In this document: positions 37,996 to 46,523 of the stretch, piece by piece
Layout of the letters: every line of letters begins with the position of its first letter
Numbering within the stretch: the stretch's first letter is position 1
Source of the DNA: an uncultured Leptospira sp.
Lineage (GTDB): Bacteria; Spirochaetota; UBA4802; UB4802
Direction of reading: 5' to 3'
NCBI GenBank assembly: GCA_964509195.1
Contig: CAZDWJ010000002.1
Span: 8,214-72,213 of the forward strand
DNA: 64,000 nt
Position numbers and translations under genes: made by a program
The notes under the pieces: generated by a model
Told to the model about the DNA's origin: nothing
The model's input: only the letters and a program-made list of their open reading frames with translations
Databases searched by the model: none

Positions 37996-38802
37996 TTAAG
38001 TTTTCTTTTTTGGTAGTGGAATAAAGGCACTGGTAGTTTTAATATATTCAACATATTCAGGACGCTTTTCTTTCAATGAGTTTTCAAACAATGTAATCCC
38101 AGAAACTTTTAACAGCATATACGTTATCAAAAGTGGTGATAGTATGGTAAATATCCCATATGGCACAGGCAGTGCAATAATAAAAATACCCCACCACATC
38201 AGTGATTCACCAAAATAATTTGGGTGCCGCGAATAATACCATAATCCTTTATTCATTACTTTCCCTGCATTTGCTGGGTTATTAATAAACGTATATAACT
38301 GTATATCAGCCACAGTTTCAAAGATGAAGCCTGTAAGCCAAATTAAACTTCCTATATAGTCAGTGAATACAATTTCAGCAGGTCTGTCTGCAGCAATGCC
38401 AATTTGAGCAGATAAAGAAATAAGAATAAGCAGTAAACCCTGAAGCCAGAATACCTTAAAAAGACTTATGATCCAGAAATTACGGGGATTTTTATTTCGC
38501 ATTGCGGTGTATCGGTGGTCTTCACCCTTGCCACGCTTTCTGTAAAAAATATAGACTGACAACCGCAACCCCCACAGTAGAATAAGCACAACTATGACAG
38601 TTGCTCTTACAGTGTATCCTGGAAAAAAGATGTATGTGAGTAGCGACACAAGTATAAACCCCAATCCCCAGAACACATCAGCAATGCTTGCATCTTTGAC
38701 TATAAGGCTTATTATCCAGGCAAGGAAGAAAAATGCAAAGATTGCTGCAAGGTTAGTAAGGATTATGTGCGCAATAGTTTCTATCATAAGAGCTATCGCC
38801 AA
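37996..38802 (-). CDS. DUF1295 / ICMT-PEMT-steroid-5alpha-reductase-like integral membrane protein (lipid-modifying methyltransferase/reductase superfamily)
   Basis: About 7 TM helices, and a C-terminal signature YSRHPNYFGESLMWWGIFII typical of this superfamily. Confidence 0.6.
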   Translation of the reverse strand: MAIALMIETIAHIILTNLAAIFAFFFLAWIISLIVKDASIADVFWGLGFILVSLLTYIFFPGYTVRATVIVVLILLWGLRLSVYIFYRKRGKGEDHRYTAMRNKNPRNFWIISLFKVFWLQGLLLILISLSAQIGIAADRPAEIVFTDYIGSLIWLTGFIFETVADIQLYTFINNPANAGKVMNKGLWYYSRHPNYFGESLMWWGIFIIALPVPYGIFTILSPLLITYMLLKVSGITLFENSLKEKRPEYVEYIKTTSAFIPLPKKKT

Positions 38803-38848
38803 GAATATAATTGTTTAAAGTATATAAAGTGTGAGTATCAAAGTCAAA

Positions 38849-41320
38849 TTAATTATTGTACGCTGAAAGCTTTTGTGCGATAGCATCCCTGGTTTTTGCC
38901 GCAACATCATCAACTGTAAGATTATCAGGGTACACTGGCAAAAGAATATCGATTGTCACTGGCATTGGTTTGGGTAGTAGTTTTCCCCGTTTAAATGATT
39001 GATATGCACCATGTATTGCAATTGGCACCACAGGGCAATTGAGTTCTTTACTAAGGATGGCAAAAGTTTTTTTGAATGTACCAAGATCTCCGGTAATTGT
39101 ACGGGTACCTTCGGGAAAGATAATAATATTTCGTTTGTTTTTAATGATAGCTGCCATTTTTTGAATAGAATCTTTAAGGTTAGTATCAATATTAACAATT
39201 ATTGTGTTCATTAATTTTGATAGAGAATCACCCCGCGATACTTTTATAAATCCCAGTTCACGTGATAAAAAGTAGCTGTGCATTAACGTTTTATTGGGCA
39301 ATGATGCAATAAGTAACACAGAATCAAGAAAGCTCTGATGATTTGGAGCAAGGATAATGGGGCTATCAGGAATATTTTCTTTTCCGTTAAGTTTCAACTT
39401 GAAATATACTTTAGCAATTGGCTTAACAATATATTTTGCAAATAAAATCAATGAAAATCCATGTTTAAACGTGTATGTAGTGTTTTTGATAATTACATTT
39501 AACCAGTTTTGCGCCTGTTCTTCAAATTTCAATTTATGTTCAGTAATGAAATCGGACATTTCTACAACAGTAGAATGATTCAGGATATCAGCATTGCTGA
39601 TTGTTATGCCAAATGTTTCTTCAATGTAGGTCTGGAATGACAGTATTCCCAGTGAATCAAGCCCTAAGTCCAGTAAAAGGTTATGATGTGGTAAAACCTT
39701 CTTGCGTGTGTGTACAGTTAGGAATCGGCTAATAGATTTGTATTCAACTGTTTGAGGTTCTTTGATATCCTGTTGTGATTGTGACTTGTGCTGGTATTGA
39801 ACCAGCTGTTTTATTATATATCGTTGTAGCTTGCCAAGCCTTGTCTTTGGTAATTCATCTTTGGAGATAGTTATTTTATTAATGTGTTTATAGCTGGCAA
39901 CACTGGCATTGTAGCGGTTTATAACTTTACGTTTAACTGTTTCTATGATATTTACAATATTTTCTTTGGTTATTATACTGTAATCGGGATGTATGACAGC
40001 AGTGAGCATTCCTTGATCTTCAATAACACCAATCTCTTTTATAATAGGTGATATGCGAAGAATTTGTTTTTCTATCTCTTCAGGATTGATATTTTTTCCA
40101 CTGGGTAAAACAATCATATCATCTTTTCTACCAGTAACATAGAGATATCTATCTTCGTCAAAATAGCCTGCATCTTTAGTATGGAACCAGCCGTCAGTAA
40201 TTGCTTCATCAGTTGCTTTTTTATTTTTGTAGTAGCCTTTCATTACATTTGGGCCTTTTACAAGGATTTCCCCATCTACAATTTTTACTTGTGTTCCTTT
40301 CACCGGCAATCCAACAGAACCTAATTTTACTTTTGAAAATGGATTAAAAGCAACAAGAGGAGCTGTTTCGGTCAATCCGTATCCTTCAACTAAGTTAAAC
40401 CCCAGTACTTTTAAATCACTGGCAACTTTTGGGTCTAATTTTGCGCCACCAGTAAGGAATGCATGAATGTGTCCACCAAATGCATTGTGTATCTTTTTAA
40501 AAAGAATTTTTGAAAATGTGAGGTTATTTACTGCTTTTGCAAGTAAGAATAAAAAATATGCAATTGGATTTTTTTTGACTGCAGCCATTATATTTTTATG
40601 CAAAAGCTCATAGAGGCGGGGAATACCTAAAAACATAGTAACCTTGTATTTTTGGAGTGCTGCTAGGATTTTATCAAGCACCAGTTCTTTCACCATGACA
40701 ACTGATGCATTGAGATATAAAGGAGCAGTGACACAGCCCTGCAGCGGAAATATATGGTAAAATGGCAACAATGCAATCATTCGATCATTTTGGGTTAACA
40801 TTTGTAATTCTGCTATTGCTCGTATGCTGCATAGCAGGTTATCATAGGTAAGCATAACACCTTTAGGTTTTCCTGTGGTTCCTGATGTATACATAATGAT
40901 GGCAACGTCGTTGTAGTTGATTTCAGGAAATGTAACTGATACATCTGTTTTTATTTTGCATTGTTCCAGTATAATTATATGTGGTTTGTATTTTATTAGT
41001 TTTAATGCTTTTTTTACTGTAGGTAAGGTATTGTTTGAGCAGTAAATTACTTTGGGGGTGCAATTGTTGAGTATATAGGCAAGTTCTTTTTCCTTCAGGT
41101 TATAGTCACAGGGTACAGCTATTCCTTTCTTGGTCCATATACTGTAGAATGCATAAATCCACTCAGGGCTATTTTCGGCAAAAAGGAGGACCCTATCGCC
41201 TTTTTTTATTGTAAGACTTTTTGCAAAAGATTGAATAGCATGTATCAGTTCATTATATGAGATTTCTTTACCTTCTATGTAAATTGCTATCTTTTCTGAA
41301 GGTTTTGGAAACATGATCAT
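38849..41320 (-). CDS. Tri-domain fusion: acyl-AMP ligase (AMP-binding), acyl-carrier (PP-binding) domain, and PlsC-type lysophospholipid acyltransferase
   Basis: AMP-binding: YTSGTTGKPKGVMLTYDN, YGLTETAP, GWFHTKDAGYFDEDRYLYVTGRKDDMIV. Carrier: LGLDSLG. LPLAT: NHQSFLD (HX4D) and FPEGTRT. Confidence 0.75.
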   Translation of the reverse strand: MIMFPKPSEKIAIYIEGKEISYNELIHAIQSFAKSLTIKKGDRVLLFAENSPEWIYAFYSIWTKKGIAVPCDYNLKEKELAYILNNCTPKVIYCSNNTLPTVKKALKLIKYKPHIIILEQCKIKTDVSVTFPEINYNDVAIIMYTSGTTGKPKGVMLTYDNLLCSIRAIAELQMLTQNDRMIALLPFYHIFPLQGCVTAPLYLNASVVMVKELVLDKILAALQKYKVTMFLGIPRLYELLHKNIMAAVKKNPIAYFLFLLAKAVNNLTFSKILFKKIHNAFGGHIHAFLTGGAKLDPKVASDLKVLGFNLVEGYGLTETAPLVAFNPFSKVKLGSVGLPVKGTQVKIVDGEILVKGPNVMKGYYKNKKATDEAITDGWFHTKDAGYFDEDRYLYVTGRKDDMIVLPSGKNINPEEIEKQILRISPIIKEIGVIEDQGMLTAVIHPDYSIITKENIVNIIETVKRKVINRYNASVASYKHINKITISKDELPKTRLGKLQRYIIKQLVQYQHKSQSQQDIKEPQTVEYKSISRFLTVHTRKKVLPHHNLLLDLGLDSLGILSFQTYIEETFGITISNADILNHSTVVEMSDFITEHKLKFEEQAQNWLNVIIKNTTYTFKHGFSLILFAKYIVKPIAKVYFKLKLNGKENIPDSPIILAPNHQSFLDSVLLIASLPNKTLMHSYFLSRELGFIKVSRGDSLSKLMNTIIVNIDTNLKDSIQKMAAIIKNKRNIIIFPEGTRTITGDLGTFKKTFAILSKELNCPVVPIAIHGAYQSFKRGKLLPKPMPVTIDILLPVYPDNLTVDDVAAKTRDAIAQKLSAYNN

Positions 41321-41835
41321 TCTCCTGTTAGGATATTGCTATTTGATATGTTTACTTTATAACAAGCCATAAAATTCATGTAAGTATACTATAATTAAAA
41401 AATATGTGAGATTAAATCATGTCGAAGATAAACAAGAAAATAGTAACCATATATTTGCAATTCCATTAAAGATAATTATATATCTTGATTTTATGGGCAT
41501 GCGCAAATGCCTTTAATTAATCATATCATATAAGAAAATATCAATTATAATAATTATAAATTTAAAATCAATTGTCAATAATAATTCTAGATAGATAGTA
41601 AATAACAACGAATATACAATTTTTTGGCCTTAATAATTCAATATGCAGGTTCATTTTTGTTTATGCAGTTGCAGAAAATATAGAAGTAAAAAATACAAAA
41701 TACAATATAAATAAACTTGTCATGTATAATATATTATATATATAATGCAGAAATAATGATTACAAAAAATATTTTTGCTAAAAGAATAAAAAGTGTTATC
41801 TTATTGGCTATGTACATTTTTAGGAGGTAATACGT

Positions 41836-43194
41836 ATGATTGATGTGGATTCTATCGTTTTGCGCCGTAAACCAACGTACCCTTTATCAATGTGGTTAGA
41901 GGACTATAACAATAAAAAAGTTACTGCTTTAGAAGCAGCAAAAATAATTAAATCTGGTGACAGAGTTTTTATGGGTGGCGGGACTGGTATTCCTGCATCG
42001 TTTGCTACCGCTCTTGGAAAAAGAGCTGGTACAGTGAAGGATGTAACGATATACCAGGGTTATGCCATGGGCCTATATGATTATATGAAACCAGAAAATA
42101 GAGAAAGCTTTCATATTGAGACTATGTTTGTAGGGCCCATGGAGCGTGTGTGTATGGAATGGAAAATGGCACATTACAAACCAATGCATTTAAGTGATAT
42201 ACCTCAGGCAGGTCTTGATGCTGGGTGTAACAGGGTGGCTTTTACAGCAACACCACCAAATGAAGATGGTTTTATGAATTTATCCTGTTTTGGAGCATTT
42301 CTGCCGCGAAAAGAAGTGATATTGCAAGCAGAAACAGTTATTGCTGAAATTAATAGCAATACTCCATGGTTGAACAGTACTGATTTCCTAGTGCATGTAT
42401 CAGAAGTAGATTATATCATTGAACAGGATACCCCGTTATTTGAATTGCCCGAGATTCCCATAACTGAAGTTGAAAAGAAGATGGCAGAAATTATTGCTGA
42501 ATTAATACCAGATGGCGCAACTATACAACTTGGATTTGGTGGATTAGCAAATGCTATTGGCAATCTATTATACAGTAAAAAGGACCTGGGGATGCATGGT
42601 GAGGTTGTTACTCCATCAGTTATGCGATTAGTTGAAGCTGGTGTACTTAATGGAGCAAAGAAAACTTTCTATCCTGGCAAGGTGATTGCTGCGTTTGCTG
42701 TTGGAACAAAAGAGTTTTATCAATATCTTGATCATAATGAAAACTTTCTCTTCTGTGAAGTTGGGTGGGTTAATACGCCAGAAATAATAGCACTGAATGA
42801 TAATTTAGTATCGATAAATAATGCTCTCATGATTGATGTAACAGGGCAGGTAGCAGCAGAATCAATTGGCACCAGACAGTATAGTGGAACGGGAGGACAG
42901 GTTAATTTTGTTCATGGTGCAAAAAAATCAAAAGGTGGTAAAAGTATAATTGCACTCAATTCGACCTACAGGGACAAAGAAGGCAAATTACACAGCAACA
43001 TTGTACCATATTTGCCTCTTGGTACAGTAGTGACAACTTCGCGTAATGATGTTGAGTATGTGGTTACTGAATATGGTGTTGCAAATTTACGAATGCGCAG
43101 TGTATACGATAGGGTGTTGGCATTAATAAATATTGCTCATCCTGATTTCAGGGATGAATTGCGTTTTCAAGCGTCAAAAATTGGTTGGATATAA
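41836..43194 (+). CDS. Acetyl-CoA hydrolase/transferase family protein (4-hydroxybutyrate / succinyl-CoA:acetate CoA-transferase-like)
   Basis: 452 aa, matching the AcetylCoA_hydro N- and C-domains throughout (GGGTGIPASFATAL, GSGGQVNFVHGA). RBS AGGAGG. Confidence 0.75.
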   Translation: MIDVDSIVLRRKPTYPLSMWLEDYNNKKVTALEAAKIIKSGDRVFMGGGTGIPASFATALGKRAGTVKDVTIYQGYAMGLYDYMKPENRESFHIETMFVGPMERVCMEWKMAHYKPMHLSDIPQAGLDAGCNRVAFTATPPNEDGFMNLSCFGAFLPRKEVILQAETVIAEINSNTPWLNSTDFLVHVSEVDYIIEQDTPLFELPEIPITEVEKKMAEIIAELIPDGATIQLGFGGLANAIGNLLYSKKDLGMHGEVVTPSVMRLVEAGVLNGAKKTFYPGKVIAAFAVGTKEFYQYLDHNENFLFCEVGWVNTPEIIALNDNLVSINNALMIDVTGQVAAESIGTRQYSGTGGQVNFVHGAKKSKGGKSIIALNSTYRDKEGKLHSNIVPYLPLGTVVTTSRNDVEYVVTEYGVANLRMRSVYDRVLALINIAHPDFRDELRFQASKIGWI

Positions 43195-43495
43195 ATTACA
43201 AAGGCCACAAACTGATTTAAAAAGATAATTTTTATGATTGCTGTATGACGTTGTACTTTCTAATAAAAGATAAGTTTGATAATTATAATTATTTAATGCG
43301 CTCATTTCAATATAATTTTGTCACATTTCATGGCAAAATTACTGAGGTGAGCGCTAATAATTTTGTATTGGTACAACGTTAGAACGAACTCCATATCTTA
43401 TTTTATTTATTATTAATTTATAAAAAATCTTGCCAAACTCAAATACTCCTGTAACATATCTAGTAATACTATGATACAGGATATAAAAATTTACT

Positions 43496-44608
43496 ATGGA
43501 ATATACTGTTGTTCAATATAATAAGCATAAACAATTAATTATCAAAGAATACAGCAGAAAAGAGTTTATTGCTGTGTGCTCTGATCTAATGTACCGACCA
43601 AAAAAGTTATTTGTTGGATTGGGTGATTTCCTTGAAATTGGTGATTATAATCAATTGCTGGATGCTATATTTTATGACGAAGAAAGCTCAATTATTGAGC
43701 ATCTACTTGATGAAGTAAACCGAAAGCTCTCAGAAAAGGGACAAATACCATTCTCATTTTTAAAATTAGCAGTGTATTATCCCGATTATCTATTAAAAGA
43801 TGTACCGGTGCAGTGTTCTTCCACTGTGGGCATGAAAACTCGTTTGTTTCCTGGTGCAGTGCACTTTATAAATTTTATAAAAGAATATGACCCATCAATT
43901 CTGACAGCAATCCCCTATGAACTGGCTATTGAAATTATTAGAAGAGTTGGACTTGATGATAATCATCTTGTGGCAACAGAATATAAAAAGATAACTGGCC
44001 AGAAAAATATAGAAGTTTATGCAGGGGATATTGAACAATTTATTTCGGGCGAAAGGAAAATTATTGAAATTGAAAAATACATGGCGCAAACCAATACTAA
44101 AGAAGAAGATGTTCTCTATGTAGGTAGAGGCGAATCGGGCGTTATAACATTTTCAAAAATTAATTCTATAGCGTTTAATCCATCTGATGCAATCATTCCA
44201 CTATCACACATTACTGTGTATGGCTCATCCCTGGAATCTCTGTTAGTATTATTCAATGACTCAAAAGAAATAAACAAATTTTTGTTATCGGATATTGGTG
44301 AACACATCCTGCCATCACTTGTAGTGTTATCTGATGTAAAAGAAAAGCCAAAAGAAATTATTGAATTAGAAAAAAAACACAGAAGACTACAGGCAAATAT
44401 TATCGGGCAGCGCATTGAACATGGCACTGAAAGTTATACAACGTTAAAGCGCGATATTGAATTATCATTGAGTGCATACCCCTTTAATTTTCAGAGCATA
44501 AAAGATATGGTGCGTTCACGTTTGGAAAAATTTCAGGTTAATCCCCAGGGGTTCATAGATGAAATATGTGCGATAGCTCAAAAGAGATATCAAAGCTGGG
44601 GAATGTAG
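43496..44608 (+). CDS. Hypothetical protein (370 aa)
   Basis: Long ORF with no motif I can assign. A weak HAD-like degenerate patch (VLYVGRGESGV) is not convincing. Confidence 0.4.
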   Translation: MEYTVVQYNKHKQLIIKEYSRKEFIAVCSDLMYRPKKLFVGLGDFLEIGDYNQLLDAIFYDEESSIIEHLLDEVNRKLSEKGQIPFSFLKLAVYYPDYLLKDVPVQCSSTVGMKTRLFPGAVHFINFIKEYDPSILTAIPYELAIEIIRRVGLDDNHLVATEYKKITGQKNIEVYAGDIEQFISGERKIIEIEKYMAQTNTKEEDVLYVGRGESGVITFSKINSIAFNPSDAIIPLSHITVYGSSLESLLVLFNDSKEINKFLLSDIGEHILPSLVVLSDVKEKPKEIIELEKKHRRLQANIIGQRIEHGTESYTTLKRDIELSLSAYPFNFQSIKDMVRSRLEKFQVNPQGFIDEICAIAQKRYQSWGM

Positions 44609-44646
44609 TTTGAAGAATAATTTTATGTTTCAAGGGAGGGATTATT

Positions 44647-45141
44647 GTGGTATGTATGAAACACGTATGTGTTGCAGTGTTAATTATTTTTGCTGTACTA
44701 ATTCCACAAACAAACCTTTTTGCTCAATCAATTGGATATCATCAAATACTGTTGGGTTCAAAGTATCACAGCATTAAAGAAATTTTGCAATATTATGATT
44801 ATAATTTTAAAGAAACAAAATTTGGTGCTATAAAAGTTGTAACCTATAACGACTCACAATCACAGGGGATGCTTGTATTCGATTATTGGGATAGATTGTA
44901 TACTGTTATTGTTACTATACCTATAACTGATGTACAATACGAACAATTATATCAGCATTTAAAAAGCAAATATGGAGAGTTTAAGCAAAATAAGGATATA
45001 TTAACCTGTACCCTTGGAATTTACTACATATCGCTATATCACAACAAAACAGCAAAAACTGCTACAGTTGAGTATGGCCACACCATACCTCTATTCTTTC
45101 CAAAAGAACCGATGGCCAAAAATCCTTTTTTACAATTTTGA
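44647..45141 (+). CDS. Hypothetical secreted protein (164 aa)
   Basis: Signal peptide VLIIFAVLIPQTNLFAQS. Its stop TGA overlaps the TTG start of the downstream permease (TTGA). Confidence 0.4.
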   Translation: MVCMKHVCVAVLIIFAVLIPQTNLFAQSIGYHQILLGSKYHSIKEILQYYDYNFKETKFGAIKVVTYNDSQSQGMLVFDYWDRLYTVIVTIPITDVQYEQLYQHLKSKYGEFKQNKDILTCTLGIYYISLYHNKTAKTATVEYGHTIPLFFPKEPMAKNPFLQF

Positions 45142-46385
45142 TCAATGTTAGGTCAACCATTGTGGGTAACTATCGCTTATATAGCTTTATTCTTCTTTTC
45201 CTCCTGTATTTAACTCAGGGGATTCCATTTGGATTTCAGGTTACTGCACTACCGGTTCTTTTCAGACAATCAGGCATATCATTAACTGTGATTGGATTCA
45301 GCAGCATGCTTGCATTACCGTGGATGCTGAAAATAGTGTGGGCACCACTTGTTGACAGGTTCTGGTCTCATGCATTAGGAAGAAGAAAATCATGGTTATT
45401 GCCCATGCAGGCAGTGATGTTTGTTGCTGCTTATAGTGCTACTCACATTAACATAACTATAAATCCTGCATTATTTGCCGCGACCATATTTATTATGAAC
45501 TTTTGTGCATCAATACAGGACATTGCTGTTGATGGACTGGCCATTGATATTTTAAGAGATAATGATTTAGGATATGGTAATGCTATTCAGGTAGTGGGAT
45601 ATAAAATTGGGATGTTAATAAGCGGTGGCTTTCTGGTTTGGTTAAGTTCATACATTGGGTGGGGAAATATTTTTTATGTTATCTGTGGAATTGTTGCAAT
45701 TCCTGTATTACTTCTAATTCCATATAAAGAAACAGGGGTGTCACAACACAAAGTTAATTATATCACTATCAAAGATATTATTGCCCATATTAAGCATGCT
45801 TTTACACAACATGGGATGACTATTATTTTTTTATTGATTGCTACATATAAAACAGGAGAAACATTCATTGACGGGATGTTTAAGCCATTCCTGGTTGATA
45901 TGGGTTTTTCTGCTTCACAGATAGGGTTATGGCAGGGAATGTACGGAATGATAGCTTCTATTGCTGGTTCAATAATGGGAGGTGTGCTTTCATCCCGGTA
46001 CGGAATTATGCGGGGATTATGGATTTCGTTACTTGTACGCCTGCTGCCGTTGTGTGGTGAATGGTATTGCACTCTGTCAGTACCCTCAAGTAGTTTAGTT
46101 ATTACTGTAACGATAGCTGAACATTTCTTTGGTGGCATGCTGACAACTGCTATGTTTGCGTTTATGATGTATACTGTTGATAAGATGATTGGAGCAACGC
46201 ATTATACTATGCTAGCAACAATAGAGGTTATAGGCAAATCTCCCGGCATGTGGTTCTCAGGGCTGCTAGCCGATACATGGGGATATTCATACCTGTTTGG
46301 ACTTGGATTCTTTATTTCTTTTATACCCATATTATTTTTTTTAATGTTAAAACAATCACTACACTCCTATGAACAGCAGCATTAA
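45138..46385 (+). CDS. ampG: AmpG-family MFS permease (muropeptide/acetyl-CoA transporter-like)
   Basis: N-terminal signature LLYLTQGIPFGFQV ... MLALPWMLKIVWAPLVDRF and about 12 TM helices. Predicted TTG start. Confidence 0.6.
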   Translation: MINVRSTIVGNYRLYSFILLFLLYLTQGIPFGFQVTALPVLFRQSGISLTVIGFSSMLALPWMLKIVWAPLVDRFWSHALGRRKSWLLPMQAVMFVAAYSATHINITINPALFAATIFIMNFCASIQDIAVDGLAIDILRDNDLGYGNAIQVVGYKIGMLISGGFLVWLSSYIGWGNIFYVICGIVAIPVLLLIPYKETGVSQHKVNYITIKDIIAHIKHAFTQHGMTIIFLLIATYKTGETFIDGMFKPFLVDMGFSASQIGLWQGMYGMIASIAGSIMGGVLSSRYGIMRGLWISLLVRLLPLCGEWYCTLSVPSSSLVITVTIAEHFFGGMLTTAMFAFMMYTVDKMIGATHYTMLATIEVIGKSPGMWFSGLLADTWGYSYLFGLGFFISFIPILFFLMLKQSLHSYEQQH

Positions 46386-46523
46386 CTTTTTTATTTCAAT
46401 AAATTGCATTCTGGTAAAGAAGCTAGTATAATTTATAAAATTGTTCTTTACTTTTTTTATTCGTACATTCATATTAGTGTATAGTAATCCATGCACATTA
46501 GATATTGAAGATACAAATTTCAA

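Noticed and set aside
43496-44608. Possible HAD-phosphatase assignment for the 370-aa unknown, based on the patch VLYVGRGESGV
   Set aside because: Motif I (DxDGT) and the other HAD signature motifs are absent. The resemblance is a single degenerate patch, so I left it as hypothetical.
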